26,691 nt of DNA from Alphaproteobacteria bacterium (GTDB lineage Bacteria; Pseudomonadota; Alphaproteobacteria; Rickettsiales; RI-342): assembly GCA_020851915.1 (NCBI GenBank), contig JADZBT010000136.1:1-26691 (forward strand), given 5' to 3'. The translations under genes were made by a program, and so were the position numbers. Positions 1 to 9,080 of the stretch are shown here, piece after piece. The notes under the pieces are model-generated. The model made no database searches and had not been told where the DNA came from. It was given only the letters and a program-made list of their open reading frames with translations. Within the stretch, counting starts at the first letter, position 1; each line of letters starts with the position of its first letter.

Positions 1-135
1 GCGATCGCGCGCGTCGTCGATCGCGCGCGCGCCAAGGGCATGATCCCGCCCCTGCCGGGCACGTCAAAGGACAAGAAACGCCGCGCCATCGGCGAGCGCC
101 CCGACCCGGCAGGGCTGGAAACGCCGCAGATATGA
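1..135 (+). CDS. 3' end of an unidentified upstream CDS (partial)
   Basis: Frame 1 is open from the window edge (AIARVVDRARAKGMIPPLPG...ETPQI) to TGA at 133-135, with GC-rich codon usage. No recognisable motif. Confidence 0.45.
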   Translation, partial: AIARVVDRARAKGMIPPLPGTSKDKKRRAIGERPDPAGLETPQI

Positions 136-164
136 ATCGGGCGTTGGGGGTTGGGAATTGGCGG

Positions 165-193
165 TTTACATATTTTCTTCGGGCTGGTAGATA
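165..193 (+). promoter_or_regulatory. Putative sigma70-type promoter for prs
   Basis: TTTACA(165-170)-N17-TAGATA(188-193), upstream of the prs ATG. The -10 lacks the last T, which is common in alphaproteobacteria. Confidence 0.4.
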
Positions 194-238
194 GGCCGCA
201 CGTTTTTTGAATCCATGCGCGGCACGGGAGCTTCTCAC

Positions 239-1177
239 ATGAAATTACTCGCAGGCAACAGCAACCGACCTCTCGCCGAAGCCATCGCCGCGCATTTGGG
301 CGAATCGCTCACCTCGGCCAGCGTCAAGCGGTTCTCCGACATGGAGATCTTCGTCGAGATCCACGAGAACGTGCGCGGCGAGGATGTGTTCCTCATCCAG
401 ACGACGTCGTTCCCCGCCAACGATAATCTCATGGAGATGCTGGTCTGTCTCGACACGCTGAAGCGCGCCTCTGCGCGCCGCGTCACCGCCGTCATCCCGT
501 ATTTCGGCTATGCGCGGCAGGATCGCAAACCCGCCCCGCGCACGCCCATCACCGCCCAGCTGGTGGCCAACATCATCACCTCGGCGGGCGCCGACCGCGT
601 GCTCACCATCGACCTGCACGCCGGGCAGATACAGGGATTCTTCGACATCCCGTTGGATCATCTTTATGCCGCGCCGGTGCTGGTGGGCGACATCAAGAAG
701 AATTTCAAGAACGATCTCGACAAGGTCGTGGTCGTGTCCCCTGACGTAGGCGGCGTGGTGCGCGCCCGTGCCTTCGCCCGGCGCATCGACGCGGATCTGG
801 CCATCATCGACAAGCGCCGCGAGAAGGCGGGCGTGTCCGAGGTGATGAACATCATCGGCGAGATCGAAGGCAAGCATTGCGTCATCGTCGATGACATCGT
901 CGATACTGCCGGAACCCTCTGCAACGCCGCCGAAGCGCTCATCAAGTCGGGCGCCACCTCGGTGTCGGCCTATATCAGCCATGGCGTGCTGTCCGGCCCG
1001 GCCGTGGGCCGCGTCACCTCCTCGGCGCTCCGCGAGCTGGTCATCACCGACAGCATCCAGCCCACCGAGGCGGTGAAGAATGCCGCCAATATCCGCGTGG
1101 TATCGGTCGCTCCCCTGCTGGGCGAGGCGGTGCGCCGCATCAGCGAAGAAACGTCGGTTTCCAGCCTTTTTGACTAG
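239..1177 (+). CDS. prs: Ribose-phosphate pyrophosphokinase
   Basis: MKLLAGNSN start, [31 protein letters not shown] and PRPP-binding [13 protein letters not shown] 239 preferred over 215 (GGGAG SD and family N-terminus). Confidence 0.98.
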   Translation: MKLLAGNSNRPLAEAIAAHLGESLTSASVKRFSDMEIFVEIHENVRGEDVFLIQTTSFPANDNLMEMLVCLDTLKRASARRVTAVIPYFGYARQDRKPAPRTPITAQLVANIITSAGADRVLTIDLHAGQIQGFFDIPLDHLYAAPVLVGDIKKNFKNDLDKVVVVSPDVGGVVRARAFARRIDADLAIIDKRREKAGVSEVMNIIGEIEGKHCVIVDDIVDTAGTLCNAAEALIKSGATSVSAYISHGVLSGPAVGRVTSSALRELVITDSIQPTEAVKNAANIRVVSVAPLLGEAVRRISEETSVSSLFD

Positions 1178-1236
1178 GATTCCCGCGTATTTAAGGGCTG
1201 CCACGGCCCCGGGCCATGCCCGAAGGGCAAAAGCAT

Positions 1237-1265
1237 TTGACTAACCCCGTTTTTTGGAGTACACA
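1237..1265 (+). promoter_or_regulatory. Putative sigma70 promoter for rplY
   Basis: TTGACT(1237-1242)-N17-TACACA(1260-1265). Confidence 0.5.
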
Positions 1266-1318
1266 GCCCACCCCCGCCGAAAAGGGCGGGCATGCAAAGC
1301 ATTGGGTGGAGATTGGAC

Positions 1319-2044
1319 ATGGTAGCAGCAGTGGCATTGAAGGCGATCGCGCGTGAGAAGGCAGGCAAAGGTGTCGCCCGCACGCTTCGCCGTGACGAGA
1401 AAGTTCCCGCGATCATTTATGGCAACGGGCAGGCTCCCCTGCAGATCGCCGTTGATCGCCGCGAGCTCGAGCTCGAATACCAGAAGGGCAAGTTCAACAA
1501 TACGCTGGTGGACATCACCGTGGATGGCAAGACCTATCGCACCCTGCCCAAGGAAGTGCAGCTGCATCCCGTGACCGACCGTCCGGATCATGTGGACTTC
1601 CTGAACGTGGCCGATAATTCCCGCGTGAAGGTATGGGTGCATGTGGACTTCACCAACCGCGACAAGTCGCCGGGCCTCAAGATGGGCGGCGTACTCAATA
1701 TCGTGCGTCACGAGGTGGAGCTGTATTGCACGCCGAAGACCATTCCGACGAAGCTGGTGGCGAATCTCGAAGGCCTCACCATCGGCGACAGCGTGCATAT
1801 CAGCCATATCGCACTGCCGGAAGGCGTAGTGCCCACGATCCGCGATCGTGACTTCACCGTGGCGACCGTTGCGGGCCGCACGAAGGAGGAAGACCTCAGC
1901 GCGCCGGTGGTGGGTGCGCCGATGCCGGGTGCGGAAGAAGCGGCGGGTGCGGAAGGTGCTGCTGCTCCGGCGGCGGCTGCGAAGGCGGGCGACAAGGCTG
2001 CCGCTGCTCCGGCTGCTGCGAAGGCTGCTCCCGCGAAGAAATAA
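1319..2044 (+). CDS. rplY: 50S ribosomal protein L25/general stress protein Ctc (long form)
   Basis: GKGVARTLRR, VPAIIYG, KEVQLHPV, HVDF, GLKMGGVL, GDSVHIS and an Ala/Lys-rich tail. ATG 1319 follows GGAG. Lies in the conserved prs-rplY-pth-ychF order. Confidence 0.97.
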   Translation: MVAAVALKAIAREKAGKGVARTLRRDEKVPAIIYGNGQAPLQIAVDRRELELEYQKGKFNNTLVDITVDGKTYRTLPKEVQLHPVTDRPDHVDFLNVADNSRVKVWVHVDFTNRDKSPGLKMGGVLNIVRHEVELYCTPKTIPTKLVANLEGLTIGDSVHISHIALPEGVVPTIRDRDFTVATVAGRTKEEDLSAPVVGAPMPGAEEAAGAEGAAAPAAAAKAGDKAAAAPAAAKAAPAKK

Positions 2045-2069
2045 ATAACCCCCTCGGAAGGGGAGGCCC

Positions 2070-2684
2070 ATGTGGATGATGGTAGGGCTCGGCAACCCCG
2101 GCCCCGAATACACAGGACACAGGCATAATGCCGGATTCATGGCGGTGGAGGCGATAGCCCACCGCCATCGTTTTTCCGACTGGAAGCTGAAATTTCACGG
2201 CTCTCTGAGTGAAGGCCAGCTTGCCGGGGAGAAAACCCTGTTGCTCCGTCCGCTCACCTTTATGAACCGTTCCGGAACCTCCGTCGCCGAGGCCGCGAAT
2301 TTTTATAAGATACCGCCGGAGCGTATTGTCGTGTTTCACGATGAACTCGATCTGGTTCCGGGAAAGATCCGCGTGAAACTGGGCGGCGGCAATGGCGGGC
2401 ATAACGGGCTCAAAAGTATCGACGCGCATCTGGGCGGCGACTACTGGCGGGTGCGTATCGGCATCGGACATCCGGGCGATAAGGATCGCGTGACGGGCTA
2501 TGTGCTGAATAATTTTTCACGCGAGGAAATAGAGCCTGCGGGGAAGCTCCTTGATGTGATGGCGGAGCTTGCGCCGCTGCTGGTGGAAGGAAAGGCGGAG
2601 GCATTCGCCAGTGAAACGGCGCGGCTGACGCAGCCGGTGAGGGAAAAAGTGGCCAGAGTTCAGAGTCCAGAGTCCAGTGAATAA
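2070..2684 (+). CDS. pth: Peptidyl-tRNA hydrolase
   Basis: VGLGNPG, RHNAGF, FMNRSG, HDELD, GHNGLKSI, RVRIGIGHP. Confidence 0.98.
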   Translation: MWMMVGLGNPGPEYTGHRHNAGFMAVEAIAHRHRFSDWKLKFHGSLSEGQLAGEKTLLLRPLTFMNRSGTSVAEAANFYKIPPERIVVFHDELDLVPGKIRVKLGGGNGGHNGLKSIDAHLGGDYWRVRIGIGHPGDKDRVTGYVLNNFSREEIEPAGKLLDVMAELAPLLVEGKAEAFASETARLTQPVREKVARVQSPESSE

Positions 2685-2729
2685 TGAACATACACTGAAC
2701 TCTGGAGTCTGAACACCGGACTCTGAATT
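2654..2729. repeat. Inverted heptamer tandem array A (CAGAGTY family)
   Basis: Left arm cagagtt cagagtc cagagtc cagtgaa (2654-2681); right arm ctgaact ctggagt ctgaaca ccggact ctgaatt (2695-2729), the degenerate reverse complement. Confidence 0.85.
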
Positions 2730-2758
2730 CGAATTACTGAACGAAGAAGGAAGAAAAA

Positions 2759-3859
2759 ATGGGATTCAACTGCGGCATCGTCGGCATGCCGAACGTCGGG
2801 AAATCGACGCTGTTCAATGCGCTATCGAGCACTCAGGCGGCGGAGGCGGCGAATTATCCGTTCTGCACCATCGAACCCAACACGGGCCGTGTGGCGGTTC
2901 CCGATGCGCGGCTGAATAAGGTCGCGGTCATCGCCGGTTCCGCGCAGATCATCCCGACGCAGCTCGAATTCGTCGATATCGCCGGCCTCGTGCGCGGCGC
3001 CAGCAAGGGCGAGGGATTGGGCAACCAGTTCCTGTCGCATATCCGCGAGGTCGACGCGGTGGCGATGGTGCTGCGTTGCTTCGAGGATGGTGACGTGACC
3101 CATGTGGAGGGCAGCATCGATCCCATGCGCGATGCGGAGATCATCGAAACGGAGCTGGTGCTGGCGGATCTGGAGAGCGTCGAAAAGCGCCTGCCGAACC
3201 TGCAGAAAAAGGCCAAGGGCAACGACAAGGACGCCAAGGCGCAGGCCGCGATACTGGAAAAAGTGCAGGCGGTGCTGGCGGAGGGAAAACCTGCGCGCCT
3301 TACCGATATCTCGGTGGAGGAGCGCCCGATGTTCCGGCAGTTGCAGCTGCTCACCGCGAAGCCGGTGATGTATGTGTGCAATGTGGAGGAATCTTCCGCC
3401 GCCACCGGCAATGCGCTGTCGGAGAAGGTGGCTGCCAAGGCGAAGGCCGAGGGTGCGGCCTGCGTGGTCGTCTCGGCCAAGATCGAGGCGGAAGTGGCGA
3501 TGCTCGAATCGCCCGAGGAGAAACAGGAATTCCTCAATGATCTGGGGCTGAAGGAAACCGGCCTCGCCCGCGTCATCCATTCGGGATACGGGCTGCTTGA
3601 CCTCGTGACCTTCTTCACCGTGGGGCCGAAGGAAGCGCGCGCCTGGACGGTGCATAAGGGCGCGACCGCGCCGAATGCGGCGGGCGCCATCCATACCGAT
3701 TTCGAGAAGGGCTTCATACGCGCCGAAACGATAGCCTATGACGATTTCATCGCCTGCAACGGCGAGCAGGGCGCAAAAGAAGCCGGAAAATTGCGACTGG
3801 AAGGAAAAGAGTATATCGTGAAGGACGGAGATATTTTCCACTTCAGATTTAATGTGTAG
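2759..3859 (+). CDS. ychF: Redox-regulated ATPase YchF (OBG family)
   Basis: [59 protein letters not shown], and C-terminal FRFNV. Confidence 0.98.
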   Translation: MGFNCGIVGMPNVGKSTLFNALSSTQAAEAANYPFCTIEPNTGRVAVPDARLNKVAVIAGSAQIIPTQLEFVDIAGLVRGASKGEGLGNQFLSHIREVDAVAMVLRCFEDGDVTHVEGSIDPMRDAEIIETELVLADLESVEKRLPNLQKKAKGNDKDAKAQAAILEKVQAVLAEGKPARLTDISVEERPMFRQLQLLTAKPVMYVCNVEESSAATGNALSEKVAAKAKAEGAACVVVSAKIEAEVAMLESPEEKQEFLNDLGLKETGLARVIHSGYGLLDLVTFFTVGPKEARAWTVHKGATAPNAAGAIHTDFEKGFIRAETIAYDDFIACNGEQGAKEAGKLRLEGKEYIVKDGDIFHFRFNV

Positions 3860-3869
3860 AAAGAAAGAG

Positions 3870-5180
<1,311 letters not shown>

Positions 5181-5195
5181 TCACCAACAAATAAA

Positions 5196-5270
5196 CGTCA
5201 TCCTACGCGAAGGCGTAGGATCTCGTGCCGCATACGGAGGGAGATCCTGCGGTCAAGCCGCAGGATGACG
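5196..5270. repeat. Composite palindromic element (REP/RPE-like cruciform) between convergent genes
   Basis: Outer stem cgtcatcct/aggatgacg; hairpin tcctacgc-gaag-gcgtagga; hairpin atcctgcgg-tcaag-ccgcaggat; alternative pairing aggatctc/gagatcct. Confidence 0.85.
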
Positions 5271-5283
5271 GCGTGGAGGGGTG

Positions 5284-5670
5284 TCAGCCCGCCGCGTTGG
5301 AAAGCGTGATACGGTGCAGCAGCGTGCCCGTGCAGCCGTCGACCGTCCAGAGCTCGCGCATGCCGCCGGGGCTGACGACCATCAGCAGTAGATTCGGCCC
5401 TTCATTACGGAAATCCTCGACGCGCGCGCCTTGCGGAAGCGAGAGGGTCGCGTGGTCGTCCTTGCACGGGGCCCCCATCCCTGCTAGGGGAAGGGACGTC
5501 GTGGGACGGTCGTCGGAGGATTCTGCGGAGGATTCCGGAGCTGTTTTACGCTCGTTGTGGCGGTCTATAACTGCGGCGAACAGGAACACCACGCCGCCCA
5601 GCAGCAGTGCGCCCAGCGAGAACACCATGATCTTGAGCGGCAGCAGGCTTTTGTCTTTAGGGGACTCCAT
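5284..5670 (-). CDS. Small single-pass membrane protein of the kind found divergent from rluD in alphaproteobacteria
   Basis: LKIMVFSLGALLLGGVVFLFAAVI TM helix, low-complexity linker, then a compact domain LPQGARV...LLLMV...VDGCTGTLLHRITL. Start at ATG 5670. Confidence 0.8.
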   Translation of the reverse strand: MESPKDKSLLPLKIMVFSLGALLLGGVVFLFAAVIDRHNERKTAPESSAESSDDRPTTSLPLAGMGAPCKDDHATLSLPQGARVEDFRNEGPNLLLMVVSPGGMRELWTVDGCTGTLLHRITLSNAAG

Positions 5671-6658
5671 GCGCGATTCTCTCTCTCCCGGTTCCGATGT
5701 GACCATCGAGGTGGACGCCGCTCATGCGGGCACGCGCCTCGATAAATTCCTCGCAACGCAACTGCCGGAGCTGTCGCGCAGCCGCGTGCAGCTGCTGCTC
5801 GAAGAAGGCCGCGTCACGCGCGGAGCGGATATTATCACCGACCCCGCCCTGAAAACAAAGGAAAAGGAGTGCTACCGGCTAGTCATTCCGCCTACGGAAT
5901 TGACCAGTGTTGAGGCCGAGGACATCGCGCTGAATATCGTCTATGAGGATGCCGACCTGCTGGTCATCAACAAGCAGGCGGGACTCACCGTGCATCCTGC
6001 GCCGGGAAATCGCAGCGGGACGTTGGTCAATGCGTTGCTGCATCATTGTGGGGATTCGCTGTCGAGCCTGGGCGGTGTGGCGCGGCCCGGCATTCTGCAC
6101 CGGCTCGACAAGGACACCAGCGGGCTGATGGTGGTGGCCAAGAACGACGTCGCGCACCGAAGGTTGGCGGCGCAGCTGGCGGATCGCTCCTTGAGCCGTA
6201 CCTATCTTGCGATCGTGTGGGGCGTGCCGAAACCGGCGAAAGGAACCATCACCGGCAATATCGGGCGTAGCACCAAGAACCGCAAAAAAATGGCCGTGGT
6301 GACGAGCGGCGGCAAAGAGGCGACGACGCATTACGCCGTGCTGGAAGTGCTGGGCGACGGCACGGCAAGCCTCGTGGAATGCAAGCTCGAAACCGGTCGC
6401 ACACACCAGATCCGCGTGCATATGACGCATATCGGGCATGCGCTCATCGGCGACCCGGCCTATGGCAGCCCGCGCAAATTGCCTGCGGGCACGACGGAGG
6501 CGCGATCCGTGGCCATCCGGGGATTCTTGCGGCAGGCATTGCATGCGGTGCGCCTGTCATTCCTGCATCCCTCCACGGGGGAAAGACTCTCTTTTGAAGC
6601 GGCTATCCCCAAGGATTTTCAAACACTTAAAAATCACCTCCAACACTTGAAAACCTGA
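5669..6658 (+). CDS. rluD: RluA/RluD family 23S rRNA pseudouridine synthase
   Basis: S4-like RLDKFLA...SRSRVQ, VINKQAGLTVHP, catalytic HRLDKDTSG, LETGRTHQIRVH, RQALHA. Start is ATG 5669 or GTG 5699; the 5225 start of the track ORF is spurious. Confidence 0.95.
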   Translation: MRDSLSPGSDVTIEVDAAHAGTRLDKFLATQLPELSRSRVQLLLEEGRVTRGADIITDPALKTKEKECYRLVIPPTELTSVEAEDIALNIVYEDADLLVINKQAGLTVHPAPGNRSGTLVNALLHHCGDSLSSLGGVARPGILHRLDKDTSGLMVVAKNDVAHRRLAAQLADRSLSRTYLAIVWGVPKPAKGTITGNIGRSTKNRKKMAVVTSGGKEATTHYAVLEVLGDGTASLVECKLETGRTHQIRVHMTHIGHALIGDPAYGSPRKLPAGTTEARSVAIRGFLRQALHAVRLSFLHPSTGERLSFEAAIPKDFQTLKNHLQHLKT

Positions 6659-6675
6659 CCCGTTAGGCCTATAAT
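6646..6675 (+). promoter_or_regulatory. rpoH promoter (sigma70 consensus overlapping a sigma32-like consensus)
   Basis: TTGAAA(6647-6652)-N17-TATAAT(6670-6675). The same bases read CTTG-N18-CCTATA, the alphaproteobacterial RpoH-type consensus. Confidence 0.7.
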
Positions 6676-6726
6676 AAGCACCGAACCCAAAAATTCCGTG
6701 TAATGCTTCAGAAAGCGAGGTGGTGT

Positions 6727-7608
6727 ATGACATCACAGGCACGTGCAATGGCGCTCCCGGCGCTGCTTCCGGGCGGCAATCTCGCCACATACCTGCGCGA
6801 GATCCATAACTTCCCCATCCTCACGGCGGAAGAGGAATACATGCTGGCCAAACGCTGGACGGATCATCAGGACATGGCCGCCGCGCACCGTATGGTCACC
6901 AGCCATCTCAGGCTGGTGGTGAAGATCGCCGCCGGCTTTCGCGGCTATGGGCTGCCCTTCGCCGAGATGATCTCGGAAGGCAGCATCGGGCTGATGCAGG
7001 CGGTGAAACGCTTCGACCCGGAGCGCGGCTTCCGGCTTTCCACCTACGCCATCTGGTGGATCAAGGCGGCGATACAGGAATATGTGTTGAAATCCTGGTC
7101 GTTGGTGAAGGTGGGCACGTCCGGCGCGCAGAAGAAGCTGTTCTTCAACCTCAAGCGCATCAAGAATCGCCTGCAGGCATTCGACCATACCGACCTCTCG
7201 AAAGAGGCGGTGGCCGAGATCGCCCATGAGCTGGGCGTGAACGAGGATGAGGTGGTGGCCATGGATCGCCGCATGATCGCCTACGATCAGGCACTGGATG
7301 CACCGGTGGCGCATGAAAGCGACAGCACCCACGTGGATTTTCTGGCCGATGACGGCGACAGTCAGGAATCGCTGCTGCTGGAATCCGAGGAATATTCGCA
7401 CCGCAAGGTGCTGTTTGATGCGGCGATGGGGACGCTCAACGCGCGCGAACAGGATATCCTTCACGCGCGCAAGCTGCAGGACCCGGCGGCCACGCTGGAA
7501 GAACTGAGCCAGAAGCACGGCATCTCGCGCGAACGCGTCCGCCAGATCGAGGCAAGCGCGATGGACAAGTTGCAGAAAGCCATTGCGGGAGCGGTCGCTT
7601 CGTCCTAA
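6727..7608 (+). CDS. rpoH: RNA polymerase sigma-32 factor
   Basis: VTSHLRLVVKIA, GLMQAVKRFDPERGFRLSTYAIWWIKA, RpoH box QKKLFFNL, GISRERVRQIE. SD GAGGTG precedes ATG 6727. Confidence 0.96.
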   Translation: MTSQARAMALPALLPGGNLATYLREIHNFPILTAEEEYMLAKRWTDHQDMAAAHRMVTSHLRLVVKIAAGFRGYGLPFAEMISEGSIGLMQAVKRFDPERGFRLSTYAIWWIKAAIQEYVLKSWSLVKVGTSGAQKKLFFNLKRIKNRLQAFDHTDLSKEAVAEIAHELGVNEDEVVAMDRRMIAYDQALDAPVAHESDSTHVDFLADDGDSQESLLLESEEYSHRKVLFDAAMGTLNAREQDILHARKLQDPAATLEELSQKHGISRERVRQIEASAMDKLQKAIAGAVASS

Positions 7609-7663
7609 GTTTCGGGGGTGGGGATCTCTCTGTCCCGTGGCAGCGTCCTTGTTGTGGAGCCGT

Positions 7664-8176
7664 ATGAAATATCTCCTGCTTTTTGTGCTTGCGGCATTTG
7701 GGCTGCTGACGGCTGAGACGCCGCTCTGGGCCACTGATGCTGCTCCGGCGGCAAGCGTGGAGACCGCAGGCGTCGCAAAAAAGGGCGCAGTGTTAAGCGA
7801 TACGCAGTTTCGCATGGAAATCCGCAAGGCCATGGACGCGCTGGAAAGTGCCGGGACTCCGGAGGAGCGGGCGCAGGCCAAACGAAAGCTCCGGGCGCTG
7901 CAGGAGCAGGGGCGTGCGCGACGTGCGGCGAATCGAGGCAGGATACCGAAGGTAGATGCGGCGATCCAGGCAGCCCGGCAGGAAAACCGCGAGAAATTGC
8001 AAGGCATGCTGCGTAAGCATCACGAGTCGATGCGTGGAGAGCTGATAGAAGATCACAAGAAAGAAGCGAAGCAGGTACAGGAAAAGAACCCGGATGCGGC
8101 GGGCGCGCAGCTGCGCGAGGCTATGCGGAAAAAGAAAGAGTACCGCAGCAAGGGGCTGGATCCGTACGCCCACTAA
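7664..8176 (+). CDS. Hypothetical secreted, charged alpha-helical protein
   Basis: Signal peptide MKYLLLFVLAAFGLLTAETPLWA after GGAG; the rest is K/R/E/A-rich and helical. Confidence 0.8.
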   Translation: MKYLLLFVLAAFGLLTAETPLWATDAAPAASVETAGVAKKGAVLSDTQFRMEIRKAMDALESAGTPEERAQAKRKLRALQEQGRARRAANRGRIPKVDAAIQAARQENREKLQGMLRKHHESMRGELIEDHKKEAKQVQEKNPDAAGAQLREAMRKKKEYRSKGLDPYAH

Positions 8177-8910
8177 GAACGGAAGGCGGCAGCCGCCTCC
8201 AGACGTGCGATCTTCTCCTCCATATCCGCGCGGAGCTCCTCTATCAGATCCCGTCCTGATCGTTGTGCTTCTTCAGCGCGTGTCTTCAGCGTGTAGAGCG
8301 ACGATGCCAGCATCCGCTCCCGCGCCAGTTGCGCGGCCTTCTGTGCGCGCCGGAGTGCCAACTGGCGTTTCTTTAAGCCCTGCCAGCGCCGCAGCAGCGA
8401 TATTCCGCGCGCCTTACAGAACAGCGTAAAATCCAGCTGCATCAACTCTGCCATGTTCTCCTGTTCGTAGGCCGTGCGGATGCGTGCTTGCAACGCCTCA
8501 TTGTTCTCCATGCCGTGCCGCGCGGCCATAGCGCGGTAGAGCGTGCGGAGCGCCTGCCTGCCGGCGTTCGCGCCCGCGCGCCGATCAGGGAGCGCACGAG
8601 TATCATCATTGGAAACCGGTAGGCCATCGAAGGCCGGGCCTGCTGTCATATCCTCCGTTACCGTCCTGCGCGGCGCGTATTTCTCCTGTGTGGCCTCAAG
8701 CGTGCTCAGCTGTGCATAGAGTGGGCCGAGCGTCCGGCGATGGTAGTCTTCGAATGCCACGAGCGATTCTTCCAGCACGGCGAGGGCGCGGGAATCCCGC
8801 GCATAGGATTCAAGCCCGATGGAGAGCACCTCTTCGATCTGCGCGATCTCGGCGGTGATGCGTTGTAACTCACGGGAGAACAGGCTGGCGATGGCAGCGG
8901 TAGCGGACAT
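8173..8910 (-). CDS. Coiled-coil protein with a degenerate J-domain-like segment
   Basis: N-terminal coiled coil (FEDYHRRTLGPLYAQLSTLEA), J-like LRTLYRAMAARHGM...RIRTAYEQENMAEL, C-terminal coiled coil with GRDLIEEL. Confidence 0.75.
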   Translation of the reverse strand: MSATAAIASLFSRELQRITAEIAQIEEVLSIGLESYARDSRALAVLEESLVAFEDYHRRTLGPLYAQLSTLEATQEKYAPRRTVTEDMTAGPAFDGLPVSNDDTRALPDRRAGANAGRQALRTLYRAMAARHGMENNEALQARIRTAYEQENMAELMQLDFTLFCKARGISLLRRWQGLKKRQLALRRAQKAAQLARERMLASSLYTLKTRAEEAQRSGRDLIEELRADMEEKIARLEAAAAFRS

Positions 8911-8963
8911 AAAACACCATAAGCGGTTAGAGTTTTATGATTACACCCCATATGTAGCATGTC

Positions 8964-9080
8964 TGGGCAATAGGCACTAGGGATTAGGTGCTGGGCATTA
9001 GGATTTAGGGGTTCGGATGTGAAGGGGGCGGCGTTTTGGCAACAGGCAACAAACCCCTAACACCCAATTCCTAATTCCTA
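8964..9080. repeat. Inverted heptamer tandem array C (TRGGNNN family)
   Basis: tgggcaa taggcac tagggat taggtgc tgggcat taggatt taggggt (8964-9012); ggcaaca x2 (9038-9051); accccta acaccca attccta attccta (9053-9080). Confidence 0.85.

Noticed and set aside
1-30. GCGATCGC (HIP1-like) octamer and gcgc runs
   Set aside because: Only a few copies were seen; expected in GC-rich coding DNA.
1940-2044. Ala/Lys low-complexity repeat at the end of rplY
   Set aside because: A normal tail of long-form L25/Ctc proteins.
5225-5668. N-terminal 148-aa extension of the rluD ORF
   Set aside because: It runs antisense through the small membrane-protein gene and the palindromic element; RluD homology starts only near 5669.
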